DNA of 64,000 bases from Eledone cirrhosa. Taxonomy: Eukaryota. The stretch is taken from positions 278,442,001 through 278,506,000 of the forward strand of contig OZ024742.1 in assembly GCA_964016885.1 (NCBI GenBank), given 5' to 3'. The translations under genes and the position numbers were made by a program. The notes beneath the pieces were generated by a model. That model was not told where the DNA came from and searched no databases. It worked only from the letters and a program-made list of their open reading frames with translations. This document shows positions 44,722 to 60,619 of this stretch, piece after piece (positions within the stretch are counted from its first letter, which is position 1; every line of letters begins with the position of its first letter).

Positions 44722-44771
<50 letters not shown>

Positions 44772-44959
44772 TGGGGAGATAGATGAGAGAGAGGGAAACA
44801 GTGGGAGAGAAAGAGAGAAAGGGACAGAGAGAGTCAAAGAGAGTGATAGACAGAGAGAGAAGGGTAGAGACAGAGAGATAGAAAGTGTGTGTGTGTGAGA
44901 GAGAGAGAAAGAGAGAGAGAGAGAGGGAGAGAGAGGGATAGAGAGAGAGAGAAGGAGAG

Positions 44960-44996
<37 letters not shown>

Positions 44997-45094
44997 AAGA
45001 AAGATGGGGAGATAGATGAGAGAGAGGGAAACAGTGGGAGAGAAATAGAGAAAGGGACAGAGAGAGTCAGAGGGGGTCGGAGAGAATGACAGAC

Positions 45095-45158
<64 letters not shown>

Positions 45159-45376
45159 AGAGAGAGAGGGAGAGAGAGAGGACATAAGACAACCACAATC
45201 TGGTCTCAAGGTCGGCTAGGATTAGCAGACAAAAACCTCATTCAAGTTATGTCTGCAGTCAAAATGTCTCTATGCGTGTTGCCAATTAGTAGAGCCGTTA
45301 GAAAGAAAGGGCGATAGAAATAGATAGATAACTAGATATATAGATGAGAGAGAGGGGGAGAGAGAGTGAGAGATAG

Positions 45377-45459
<83 letters not shown>

Positions 45460-45582
45460 GAGAGAGAGAGAGCATAAGACAACCTCTATATAGATCAGCC
45501 GGATTACTAGTAATAACATTCAAATTCTTCCTTGAAATTATACTCTAGAAAGCGTACAACCCATCCGCACTTTTTTTCTGTG

Positions 45583-45618
<36 letters not shown>

Positions 45619-45627
45619 CCTTTTACC

Positions 45628-45705
<78 letters not shown>

Positions 45706-45709
<4 letters not shown>

Positions 45710-45810
45710 ATACTTTGAGAGGGTCATGTTGTCAATAAAACAATATCTGTTTCAATACACGTTTTCAGATAGGAAATCTCGCAACAGAAATTCAAAAACA
45801 AATATTTATA
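45706..45810. mobile_element. ~100-bp inverted-junction fragment of the 8495-9896 PLE family
   Basis: First part matches 8554-8587 directly; second part is the reverse complement of 8495-8558. Confidence 0.7.
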
Positions 45811-46126
45811 TATATATATATAATAAATACAAAGTGGAGGTGTTACATAGGAGATTTATTGTTCAATCCTGGTTACAAATGTTTCCCAGGCAGCCGGCTC
45901 GTGATCTCAGTTCATCCCAGACCAGACTCCGAGACTGCCTGAACCTCAAACCTGTGTTAACACAACAAAAATCACATCAAATCTGAAAACAAACCAACCA
46001 GACACAAACAAGCGTATAGAATGACCAATGAACGGCCCATTATCCAACGGACGCATTACAAGAAATTAACCGTTATAAACAAACACACAAACGAAATATA
46101 GGTGATCACACACATACGCACACACA

Positions 46127-46645
46127 TGCATACATGCATAAAATACCTACGCACTCATACGGCCGCCAACACGTAGAAATTGTAGATGTACATACATATA
46201 CATACACACACACGCACGTATATACATATACATACACACATCCTCACACACACATACATATACATATATATATATAGATGCATACATGCATAAAATACCT
46301 ACGCACTCATACGGCCGCCGACACGTAGAAATTGTACATTTACATACATATACATACACACACACGCACGTATATACATATACATACACACATCCTCACA
46401 CACACATACATATACATATATATATATAGATGCATACATGCATAAAATACCTACGCACTCATACGGCCGCCGACACGTAGAAATTGTACATTTACATACA
46501 TATACATACACACACACACACATACATACATATACATACACACATCCTCACACACACATACATATACATACACACACACACGTACATACATACATACACA
46601 TACACACATCCTCACACACATACATATACATATATATATATATAT
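46127..46645. repeat. 152-bp tandem repeat, about 3 copies
   Basis: TGCATACATGCATAAAATACCTACGCACTCATACGGCCGCC at 46127, 46279 and 46431. Confidence 0.9.
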
Positions 46646-46924
46646 AGATTATGCTGACAGAATAACTATGTAGCTTGTGCCCTTCCTATATACGGTTAGC
46701 TTTCCTCTTTGTTGTTTACTTGTCTCACTCGCTTTACGCGTTTTAATTGTCCTAATAACTTAATTTAGTTATTATTGCACCAACGTGAGGTATATGATTT
46801 TTAATGCAATGAAATATCTATGATCGTTGGCAAATCACTGATGAGGGACTTATTTTATAACATGTTATCCATGTGCAACCTGCAGTATTCTTCTCCCCAT
46901 TTTTTCACATATATTTATATATAT

Positions 46925-46955
<31 letters not shown>

Positions 46956-47372
46956 CGCACACATAGATATACATATATACATTATAAAAAAACGCAAAAA
47001 ATGAAAGAATCTACCCTCAAATTCGTGCAGAAGTACATTGTGAGAGGGGTTCATACGGGATTTCAACTAACCCTTTAGGTCCGAAGGATCAAGGTCAGGG
47101 GTAATGTAGTCGCTGGTATGGCGCGGTCAAAATGCTAAGCAACCGTTGGGTAAATGAGTCCGTGTACTGTAACATCCTACACAGGCAAGTGCTGTTATCT
47201 GGTATTGGTATGTCCTCTGAAGAAGATGCCCAGGTAGACCTCTCCATGGTATCAGCTGTAAGCGCTCTACCCAGGGGGAAAGAGAGTCAGCATGAATGGA
47301 CCTGTTATTTTTATCTAAAGACATTTTTACAAATCCATCCCGTCAAATCAATCTATTTTATTCCTCATTCTT

Positions 47373-47408
47373 CTTTCTGATGAAGGACTAGCGTCCGAAA
47401 CGTTAATC
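47373..47408 (+). ncRNA. Minimal PLE-type hammerhead motif (weak stem I)
   Basis: CUGAUGA-A-GGAC UAGC GUCC-GAAA-CGUU. Confidence 0.55.
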
Positions 47409-47516
47409 CCCTCTTCCTGCTACATCAAGCGTTAACCTAATTTATACCTTCCATATACTGTACCGATTGTGTTGTTATTTCTGTTTACATTTTACATACA
47501 TATATATATATATATA

Positions 47517-48483
<967 letters not shown>

Positions 48484-48518
48484 ACATATATTTATATGTT
48501 TGTATGCTTATATATATA

Positions 48519-48562
<44 letters not shown>

Positions 48563-48585
48563 ACATATATTTATATGTTTGTATG

Positions 48586-48675
<90 letters not shown>

Positions 48676-48712
48676 AATAACCAAAGAGTGCTTAGAAATA
48701 CATTGTTTTATT

Positions 48713-48759
48713 AGCTAACAGTGTTTCATCCATACACCATGGCAGGAATCTTCAGAGCC
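48713..48759 (-). ncRNA. Minimal type I hammerhead near a (TA)n-abutting 3' end
   Basis: GGCU-CUGAAGA-U-UCC...GGA-U-GAAA-CACUG-UU-AGCU. Confidence 0.7.
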
Positions 48760-50723
48760 TATAAACATGAGTATATCAGTAGTTGCATGCTCCATCCAGC
48801 GTCACCAGATCAAGGTTAAATGACCAGCAGGGGGTTCCGAGGCCAGCGCTATATGGAAAAAGACAGAATACATGAAGCACATAATGTCATAAAATGTCTT
48901 AAAAATTTAAAAATTAAAAAATTAAAAATTACACCAAAAATGTATCACTTAGTTGGTGCAATAGATGATAAAGAGGTTGAGAGAGGGTAGCAAGGGATGA
49001 GTGAGGGTATTACTCAGCATGATCAGAAACAATAATAAAATAATAAAAACATAATAAAAAAGTACAAAAATACAGGGATAAGAAAATTTTGATAAATACA
49101 AAAATACAAAACAATAAAGGAGCAAAAAGCCCGGAAACCCCAGAAAAAAAAATATAAGACAAAGCCAAGCATAGATGCATCAAAGCACAAGCAGTGCAAA
49201 AAGAAGGTGTACAGGCAGATCAAGAGAGTTTGCAAGCATGTGTCTGTGAAAAGAATAGTTGGTTAGCAGTAATGCAGCCTTACATGTATGATAGTCCATA
49301 TGAGGGATAGTGTACTTCAATTATATCGCCTTATAACAGGTCGATTCTCCCTAATCATATCCACACCCTACGAACCACATCGATATGTTCCCGTTCCGAA
49401 TGTTAAGTGAGATAACACTATTTTTTCAAAACCTAAACCCAGGGGATTTAATAGCATAGGCTGTCTGGGATATACACCTAAAATCTACAATAAAAATAAA
49501 AGAAAGTACGACGAGTTAAAGAAATGTATGGCACATATACAGCCGGCACAGATGTGAGGAAATTGAAAACATTCGGTCACTCAATCCAACGTGCAGGTGA
49601 AATTCACTGTATGCCCAAGTTGGCGTTCAACCAATGTATCGCACCGCATACAACTGTACCACAGTAAATATAAATTGTGATGGCAATCCCGTTACATATA
49701 GAGAAAAAGTGTATACAGGAAACTCCGCTTCCAGAATCACATATAGCAGAATGAGCATATATTGTTATAATAATAGGCGGGTTTATTATAGTGAGTGCAA
49801 ATTTCTGTAGAATATATACATATATATAGAAGGGAGAACTCACAAACAAACCTGTCTATGACAGTTATGTTATTTATATTTCCGCCACGTGGTTTTCGTT
49901 TAGATTATTGACTCCGGAGGTTGTGACCCTTCCTGTGTCGGCGGGAGTTCAATATCCAGTACTGCACTTTGCCTTGAGTGTGTTTCTATAATTTATCAAA
50001 GCTGGATCACAATTCATATTCAAATAACTCCAAGTTTCAAAGATTCGTCTCTCGCTATTGACACACAACGGTATTCTGAATATAAACACAGGAAGTCGTA
50101 GTGTACGTATGAAAGGTATGGGAGGCAATTCGCGTCATAAAGGGCGGATTCATTTGATATCCAATGGGATGCTAGGGGCGAGTCTTTTGTTTGATTCGAA
50201 CCCCTCGGCGATCAACCTCCCCTTCCCCATGGGGCTAGGTCGATTCAGCGGCGCCCAGTCCTCGCGATTTGCTAACATAGTTCTCTATACTAGGTTAGAT
50301 CTATTACACACTTTAGGTTTAAGGTTAACTAGACCCCGGGTGCCCAATTCACCCGCTTTATAGCTGCGGCGACGTTTCCTGGGATGTCAACAGACTATAG
50401 TGCTGTGCTATCAGTTAGCGCACAATGGGTGTGTTTATATACCATACTAACATGGTTAGTGTGGGTATGCGCATCTATAGGGTCATGCTGTGATAGGTAT
50501 AGTGAAAAGCCTTAAGTAGGTTCAACCCCAGGGTTCTTGGCTTGTGGTCCAATAAGATGAACTATGGAAGAGAGGAAGAAAAGTAAGAGAGGGGAGAAGA
50601 GAAGATGTATTAGAGTAGTCTATATACACCTGAAGGGCAGTTATCGTCACAAAGGAACCAGGATGCAGTGAGGCGTGGTTTTACGTAGGCCAGACAGGAC
50701 GGATGTATGCATGTCCTACAGCG

Positions 50724-53340
50724 TTAGCTAATTGGTCTAAAATAATAGAAGGAGCTAAGATTTATGTGCGGGCAAGAAGAGAATATCTCCGACTTCCTAT
50801 TTAGCAGGTTCAGTTTGGAGTGTATTATGGCGTGTGATTCGGAGAGACAAATGTCACAGGTCTTGTTAGGGGGTCTGTACTGCGATGATTTAGTGATGAT
50901 TCTCCAATCAAGCGTGTATTGAATATCAGTGTTCTTCAAGAGGGATTTGTAACTAGCTAGGGATGTAGTATTCTTAAGTCCATCATGTCTAAATGTATAG
51001 CGATGGGAGTTGTATCTGGTCTTAAAGGGGGTCGATGTAGACCCTATATATGTTTTGGAGGAGGTCCGAGTTGTAACATCACATGCGTAGACAATATTGT
51101 TTATAAGGCATTGTCCCTTTAGGGGGCAATCCGTCTTTCGTCTGCAGTTACATTTTCGGTGCATGTGAGTCTGCGGCACAGGAGATGTTTGGTTTTCCGT
51201 GCGTTCCAGATTCGGCAACCGTACATCAGATGTGTGGATAGTATTGCTGGGTGACGCCGCATCAGGTCCATCTAGTGTTTGCCGGTGTGCCGCAGCTGCA
51301 ATGGTATCGAACACCTTTCTAATTTTGTTGTTGTCCGTTATGGCTAGGTGACGAGCTAAATTTGGAGTAGTGGAGAATGATAGCTTAATTGTGTTTTTAT
51401 TAATGATACTATGGTATTTACTACCGGGGGGTCGGGTTTCCAAGATCGAGAAGAAAGCCTTTGGTATATTGGTTGATACCTCCGAGTTGTAAGGTGGATT
51501 AAAGTAGATCTTCGTCTACTTTTCTTATTTTTCGTACTCGGGGAAGAATTGGTGCTGGGCATAGACAACCCATCTTCCGTGGTAGAGAGAACCTGGGGTG
51601 GTAACCTTACCCGGATGGGTTCACAGGCTTCCCTGTCTTTTCCATTGCACTTCAATTTTCTAGATTTTATCCTAGTGTTAGTGTTATTGCCATACCGATG
51701 AGGCGTGTTAAATAGAGTGCCTTGAGGTTGGTCAGAGCTGCCTACAGTACCCGTGTAGTTCCTATTTTTGTGTCCGCTTCTATGAAGCAATGCCATATTG
51801 TGTGTGATTACATTATATTTTCCGACCCTGGTGGTTTGGGCGTTGTTATGTATGTAGTATATTTTTTCTCTAAAACCGGACTTTACTAGTGCTTTATTAT
51901 AGTACCTTGCATTAGACCTAAATGCATGCTCATTATGCGATAGTCTGCTAATCCTGTTAGATACCCCTTTAATTATGGCATTTCGGACGGGTCTAGGGTG
52001 GTTGGAATTTGCATTCACGTATGTTAGTGTTTCATCTGGCTTGTGATAGGGTGAGATGTACTTATTTTCCAAGTCCAGAGTTACGTCTAGAAAGTTAACC
52101 GTTTTATTATTTATGTCTATCGTTATGCTAAGGTTAAAGCTCTTGAAGAATTTATGTAGTTTTCTTCTCGTCCTTTCTATATTATGTTTTTTATATTGAA
52201 TAGTGAACAGGGCGTCGTCACGGTATAGCCCGCCTTTGAAATGCGGGAATGTTTTATGCAGTTTATGTAGGGGGTAAAGTCCAACCAAGTCAGTGACCTG
52301 CGCCGAATCGCTGGACCCCATTGTGACATCAAAGTTATTCGGCGTGTTCTTTCGGGTCCAACGTTGGTCTTCGAAGAGGATGATAGTTCTCCGGGCAGCA
52401 ATTTGGGATCTAGTCAGGTCACTATTTTGCATAGCTAATATAAGGGCCTTATTTAGAAGGATGGGCGAGATCGAGGTATAGTATGAGTTGATATCGAATT
52501 GGATGAACTTCAGGGAGTTATGGTTACTAATGCTTCAGAATCATTTAATGACCTCCTCAGTATTCCCTCATAGGTCAAGGTAAATTTTACTTCGTATAAC
52601 AGGGATGACGGCGTCCAATATTTTCTTACTTATTATCCCTAAGTCTGACTTAGAGGGGCTAATGAGCCTAATTGAGGGGTTACTAAGGAAGTCCTCTTTG
52701 TGATCCTTCAGTTTGAATATGGGTTGCTTAGGGCCGAAAGGCTGGGTGTACCTTTCCAGGTTCAGCATCTTAACGATTTCTAGCCCTATCTTATTTATCT
52801 CGTCTAGGTTTCCATAGGTAGTTTTCTTATAATTTCTGTGGAGTTCCCTGTATATGAAATTTCTGTAAGTCTTGTAGTCCAAGTTATATAATTTTTTTGT
52901 TTTATCTGAGGGACGAGAATGTTAGCATTTTCCTCGAAGCCCTTAATAATAGAGCTAAGATCTCTACGGAAAGGGTTCTTGCTATGGCTTTTAGTCCTAT
53001 ATCTAATACTCTTCACAAGGTTTAGAAGGTCGCTTTCAAAGCCATCCAGACCACTATTGTGCGGTGGGCTCTTGCATGTCTTGAATCCATACCTATTTAC
53101 CCGGGTTGTTTGCTGAGGGTTATCCCGGTTCCTATCGTAGTGGAAAGCACGCCACCTTAATCTTTTAACAAATGAGTTTACGCTAGTTATGAGCAACCTT
53201 TCGTAAGTATTCCTAGATGGGATGGGAGTGTTCTTGAGTGACAAAGGTAGATGATCTTTGGTTAGCATACTGTCAAGTTTATACACCAGATGGACAATCA
53301 TATGGATCATTTTGCATATATGTACTCTGTGGTTTTGCAT
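50724..53340 (-). pseudogene. Near full-length Hydra-type PLE ORF (RT plus C-terminal GIY-YIG), disrupted
   Basis: SLKNTPIPS, KRLRWRAF, KLKDHK, FIQFDINSYYTSI, FDVTMGSSDSAQV, GLYRDDAL, VNFLDVT, CNCRRKTDCPLKGQC, IVYAC..TYIGST, CDIC. Confidence 0.92.
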
Positions 53341-54143
53341 TTATTCACTATTGGTTCTGTTCTTTTCTTTTCTTTTGTGTACTTTATGTCTGTTTTTCTT
53401 TGATTTTGATTTTCTTTGATTTTGTGATGGAAATTATGACTGTGTAACAGATTGACTAATGCCCTGTAGTCTGCCCTCCGTTATAATGTACGGCACTGTC
53501 GTTCAATATGTGGATAGAGTAACTGTGACACTAGAATCCCTCTCAGAACTTATTACTTAAACATCTCTCTGCATATTATTTACTCACTTCAATCTATATT
53601 TTTACTCAGTCCGAATTATCACTTGAAACATTTTTGAATTTAGAATTTTTGAATTTTTAGTTGTTTAATTTATAATCTCTGATATTTAATTTAGGATTTT
53701 AATTTTTAATATTTATTTCCAAATCTTAACTTACAATGTAAAACCACGGTACCTAGAATTAAGTTAATTTTCCCTTATGAGTTGATGGTCAGTCTTGCTG
53801 TCAACACTTAGTGAAAGGTAGTGTTATGACCTATAAAAACTAACACCCTCCCATGCCCTCTGGCTTTCGGCTGACTGCCACAGTAGTGATGGGTAGCAGT
53901 AAACTTTGGTAGGGCATAGGTGGGCCATTGTTTTGGCCGTGAGGGTGAACTGACAGCGCTTTTCGTTAAAATCTGCGGTGGCTAATGGCCAACTTCCTTT
54001 GGACATGCGCTTGCGCAGACCGGTGGGGGTGAATTGGTACTCACAAGGGAACGGATGAAAAAGCCAAAAGCACGAACTTCATCCGTTCCCATGTCGATTC
54101 AGTTTGGATTGCCTCGGAAACATAACCTTATTATGTAACAAGC

Positions 54144-54211
54144 TGTCTGATGATGACAACACTCGCACACTGAACAGTGTGGCCAGTGTCGTCATTGAAA
54201 TATATATCACA
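54144..54211 (+). ncRNA. Hammerhead-like motif with long stem II, followed by a SINE tail (54213-54262)
   Basis: UGU-CUGAUGA-UGAC AACACU..CACACUG AA CAGUGUG..AGUGU CGUCA-UU-GAAA-UAUAUA-UC-ACA; register off by 2 nt. Confidence 0.5.
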
Positions 54212-54376
54212 ATACACTGGGTAATTGCTGGCCTTGTGCCTAAAGTAGAAACAATTATTATTAAAGGACTTGAACATCTGAAACTACTTCGCTTTTCCTT
54301 ATTCGATACTTACTCCGTCACTCCTATGTGGAAAACGTACGTTGAGTGCTTGAATTGAATTGCATCAATATTAACC

Positions 54377-56143
<1,767 letters not shown>

Positions 56144-56336
56144 AAAATAACAAAAATAATAATGCTGATGTTACATAAATTGTTTAATCATTATAATTAT
56201 TTCTACGGTACTCCATGCAATCGAGAATTCTTTCATACATTTGTTGTTATGAGAACGGTATCCTCAGATGAAAACCGATTTATTGATATGCTGCTGGCAG
56301 GAAAAAACACACATCCTTCTGTTTGTGTGCCCAGCA

Positions 56337-56376
<40 letters not shown>

Positions 56377-57071
56377 TTTTTGCGGCTGTATGTATGTATG
56401 CAAGTGCGTTTTTCCATTTACAAGGTTTGTGCAGAATGATAGATAAGGTAACATAGAACATTTACACAAATTGCCAGTCAGTGGGTCGAACTTGTAACCA
56501 AGCATTTGCAAAATACTAACATCGATGAGTACGCTAATATCTAAATAGTTTCTTTTATTATTGCAGGATTTTGATCCTGCGCTCTTCATTTCGAATTCCA
56601 ATCCAACCTAGATCAACGTCGCAGTTCATCTTGTCAAATCAATTAAATGAAGTATCAGTCCTAGGTAGTGAAATATTAAAGCATTGGATGGGATAGATGC
56701 TTTGTTGTATGCGTTGTGCTTCTTTATGTTCTGAACTCCCACTTTAACCGACTTAAATGCTTGAGATTATCATTGACTTGGTTTCGCAGGACCACCTAAT
56801 ATATAATCGGAGGAGCCTTTAAGGCCGTTCAGAATAATGATATTCTATGTTGTGTATAAGTGACGTTTGGGAATTGAATACAAGGCCACAAGTCATTAAC
56901 TGACTCTACTTTACCCTAACTAATAAATCTTCACCCTTCGTACTCTTATTCTATTTTTGCTTCTGTTCTCATTTTATCTTAAAACCTCTTCACTGTTTTC
57001 ACCTTCTACTCTCCTCCTGCAAATTCGTAGATAGCGTAATTTGTCTTTAATGCCACCGTTTTATTTACTAA

Positions 57072-58380
57072 CTAGCAGTTTAGCCCGGCGTTGCTCAGGT
57101 TTGTTTATTTGCTATGAAAAGTTACATACAGGTAAACGTGGCTTGAAAGCGAATAAGCTTATCAATTAAGTGCATAAAGCAGTTGAACCATTTATTAAAA
57201 GTTACGAACCAATTAGCACTTTGGACAATCAATGATGGGTGAATAATCTTCCAATAGCGAATTCAGCAGACCAGAGTTGCAAGGTGGTGGCCATGATGCC
57301 GCTGGGTGTCAGATCTATGCGCCATGGGTGACCCTACCAGGAAATAGTTTTCCAGACGGCATAGCTACAACACCTCCAACACCTGCACCAACATCTATAG
57401 CACCACTTTGTAGACGATATTGCGTGTCATCCCTTGAGGAGTGTAAGCAAAAAGTCCATTCCTGCTCGCTACGCGGGAACAGGCAACATAAAGTTGGTCA
57501 TGGGAGAAGCATCGCTCCCCCAAATAGATGCCAGTCACCGACAATGTTTGCCCTTGTGACTTGTTAATGGACATGGCAAAACATGGTCTCACCGGGAATT
57601 GGGATCGCCGGAAATCGAACGGGATATCTGACGCCGAGAAGAAAAGGTTCATCCTTGGCAGTGTATCCGGCAGAATTGCCAGAAGTACAACACTATGGGT
57701 GTTGTCATATTAATATTTAACCAATGAAAGTCTTAAAAAGTAAATAATTTAAACAATCCGATTCATATGTCTATAGCATTAATCTGTTACATGAAGTGTT
57801 ATTTTGCGGGTTGTTATTTGCAATAAGCCGATTTAAAATATCCCAGAAAAGCGGTGTGTCAATACGGAACTCCAATGACTCCCCCAGCAGTTAAATTATA
57901 GAGAGGGGGACTAATCTATTATAGAGAGAGAGTAAAGCTAAGAAACTATAGGGAGGTGTGTTAAACGGCAAAGCATGAAGAGAGTAAAGCAGTTAAATTA
58001 TAGAGAGGGGGAATGATCTATTATAGAGAGGAGGAAGAGCGACGGAGAGAGCGTTATGACTATACTTGTTGTTGTATAAAATGATGTGTTTCTTAGTTTT
58101 CAAAGTTTATGTCGCGTTCCTGAACGAAGTTTTGTCGCTGTTGGGTAGTAGAGAGAGTGAACAAGCGTGTAAGAGAGAGGGTTACAGCATGTATTTAGTT
58201 TTATCGATTTTTTTTCATAGAAGCAGGAAATGTTTGGCAACGTTTATTACGCGTTGACCACCGTTGGTAAATTTGGAGCACATTGGAAAAAAAATCATTA
58301 AAATCGGTAGAGAAATGTGGAAATGCATAAAAATTATACACACACACAGACAAACGCCTTCCCTTTTATATATAGAGAGA
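57072..58380 (-). mobile_element. Non-autonomous Helitron retaining the helicase C-terminus
   Basis: 5' TC..TATATAAAA at ~58380; 3' hairpin GAGCAACGCCGGG then CTAG at 57072; helicase fragment inside. Confidence 0.85.
57395..57660 (-). pseudogene. Helitron PIF1-like helicase C-terminal fragment
   Basis: [20 protein letters not shown]...[13 protein letters not shown]...TRNIVY. Confidence 0.9.
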
Positions 58381-58560
58381 TAGAGATAAGCGAATAATTT
58401 GCTCCGAAGAATCTGACGTTAATTCCTCCAACGGCATACAAACTTAATCATTTTCTTATTATATTTTTAATAAAATATACTGTCTATGATTTTCAAATTA
58501 TTCTCAAAATCATCCAGAGTTTGTACTGATTTAATAATTTAACTAACTTTCTCATTATTA

Positions 58561-58910
58561 GGGGCGGTGGTTTGGCAGTATCAGGAGAGGGTCGGACGCC
58601 ATGCTTTGCAGCATAGAGTTACGGCCCTTTATGATAAAATAAAGTACCAGTACGCAATGGGAGCGATTTAATCGACTTTCCCCTCCCTCAAAATGTATGG
58701 CCTTGTGCCTATATAAGAAACCATGGATTGGCAGTATCGGTAGAGTGTCGGACGCCATGCTTTGCAGCACAGTTACGTCCCTTTACGGACTGAGTTCAAA
58801 TCACGCCGAGGTTAACTTTGCCTTTCATCCTTACGGGGTCGATAAAATAAAGTACCAGTCATACACTGGGATAATTGCTGGCCTTGTGCCAAAAGTAGAA
58901 ACAATTATTA
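58561..58910 (+). mobile_element. Two family-1 SINEs in tandem (first internally deleted)
   Basis: Two GGCAGTATC...GGACGCCATGCTTTGCAGCA heads and two GGCCTTGTGCC tails. Confidence 0.85.
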
Positions 58911-60619
58911 AGTTGGTATTTGGAACATAATTTGGAAAGTTTCTTACGAAAATATAATAAAATGCTTTTTAAATAAAAACATCAGGATGTATGTTAGGCA
59001 GTTTTGTGTCGTAATTTGGGACATAACAAAAGCCAAATATATATTATCATATTAAACTGTTGTTTAGAATATAATTGAACAAACGTTCTTATATAAAATT
59101 ATGAGGAAATGTTTTCATATAAATATAGATATTTGAAATAAACGGTTTTGTATGATAAACCCAGGTGGAATTCTATGTGGTTTGGTATCAACAGCGTTAA
59201 TATTTGTTTATACTTCATAAGATAAAACATATTTGTCAACACGGAATCCTACAGGTTTATCTGGAATGTGTGCTTTGTCACTTAAAATATGATAAACCTT
59301 CACTAACATTACTTTTGTTAAGTCACAAAACGATGTTAAATGACACTTGTTTAAGTATCTTCCAGTTGAATCGAACCCGACACCACGTAATTGCGAAATG
59401 CACCTATTAACTCTATGAATATGTACGTGCGTGTATGTGTGTCTATTCAGTTTCAGATAAAGCTATAATCTTATTTGTTACGCTACCTGCTCCCATTACA
59501 AACAATTCAATTGGGACTGCTACTGATGTTGTTCATGGTGCTACACTGCTGGTGATGCTGCTATTACTACTGCTGTTTTAATGTGACCTTTCTGTCTTCG
59601 AACCGTTTGTTGAATCGATTTCCAATTGAATTATTGTAATATTTTGTCGCTTAAAGCACTCACGCAACTGTATACGCGTTCACAGAGACATACGCACGCA
59701 CATACAAACGTAGACTCACTCATACTCAAATATATACAGAGAGGGATGTTTGAACCTCTCCCACTACCTCGCTCTCTACACATACACACATACATATATT
59801 TATATATCTACATTCGTCGTGTGCCAATCAAAAATGACATGTTTCGGTATATTAGGCGTCAACAGCATACTAATACCTATTCATGACTGTTTGATCAGTT
59901 AACAACGATTTTAGAGATTGGAAAATATCCCGAATAATTTTTTAACTAGTACAACTTTGCCTATTTAAAACGATGAAATCAGCTTCGGGAAGCAATTCAA
60001 ACGAACCAATAGCATGGAATTGCGAAAGAGTAAAGTCGCTATGTAGTGAATACCTCAAGGGAAACAGTCTTAATGCCTATTAGGATTATCATTTTTGAAT
60101 AAATGCAGAGTGATCCGTATCAGTTTGGACGATGAACGTTCCTTTGATCTATCAACTGAATGTCTAACGAGTTAATAACATGTACGTATTTGCGTATTCC
60201 TCAGTTGCATGTATTCTTAATGCAAATCCCAAGCCGAATTAGCGTAGCTCAATATATGACAAGACTGGAACTTTTGAATTAGAGGTAACATCCACCCAAT
60301 GGGCTTCCATACAGTTTTCCTCTACCCAAATTCACTTATAATGCTTCGGTCGACCCGAAGTTAGTGTAAACGATCCTTCCCAACAACCTATCCAGCTGGG
60401 GTCGAACGAAAGAGGGAACTCATGACAAGAAATAAATTAAATACAATATTTGAAATAAAACAGAAGATTCGCTGCAATATATTTGACTATAATATTGTCT
60501 AATAATGGGGCCTATAAACTCACAAGTCTATATTATAATAAAAAATGTTACGGCGAAGCTTCTATTTTATTTCAGTTCTAAACTTCGCTCTCCATGTTTC
60601 AAACATGCTTCCTAAATGA

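Noticed and set aside
49960-50005. UUGAUAA...GAAA on the minus strand
   Set aside because: Stem II too short, no UH site and no stem I; likely chance.
50058-50363. 101-aa plus-strand ORF suggesting a second gene
   Set aside because: No recognisable motif; the two antisense frames I translated contain stops.
52535-52570. Clustered in-frame TGA codons in the PLE RT (selenocysteine or UGA=Trp idea)
   Set aside because: They align to Trp and Arg of the 32 kb paralogue, not Cys; other Trp codons are TGG; frameshifts are present, so this is ordinary decay.
54147-54200. SECIS-like AUGA...GA hairpin
   Set aside because: Quartet and helix registers do not fit, it is antisense to the PLE ORF, and it fits a hammerhead better.
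56567-56664. Possible plus-strand exon after TTATTGCAG
   Set aside because: Weak donor, only one short open frame and no supporting context.
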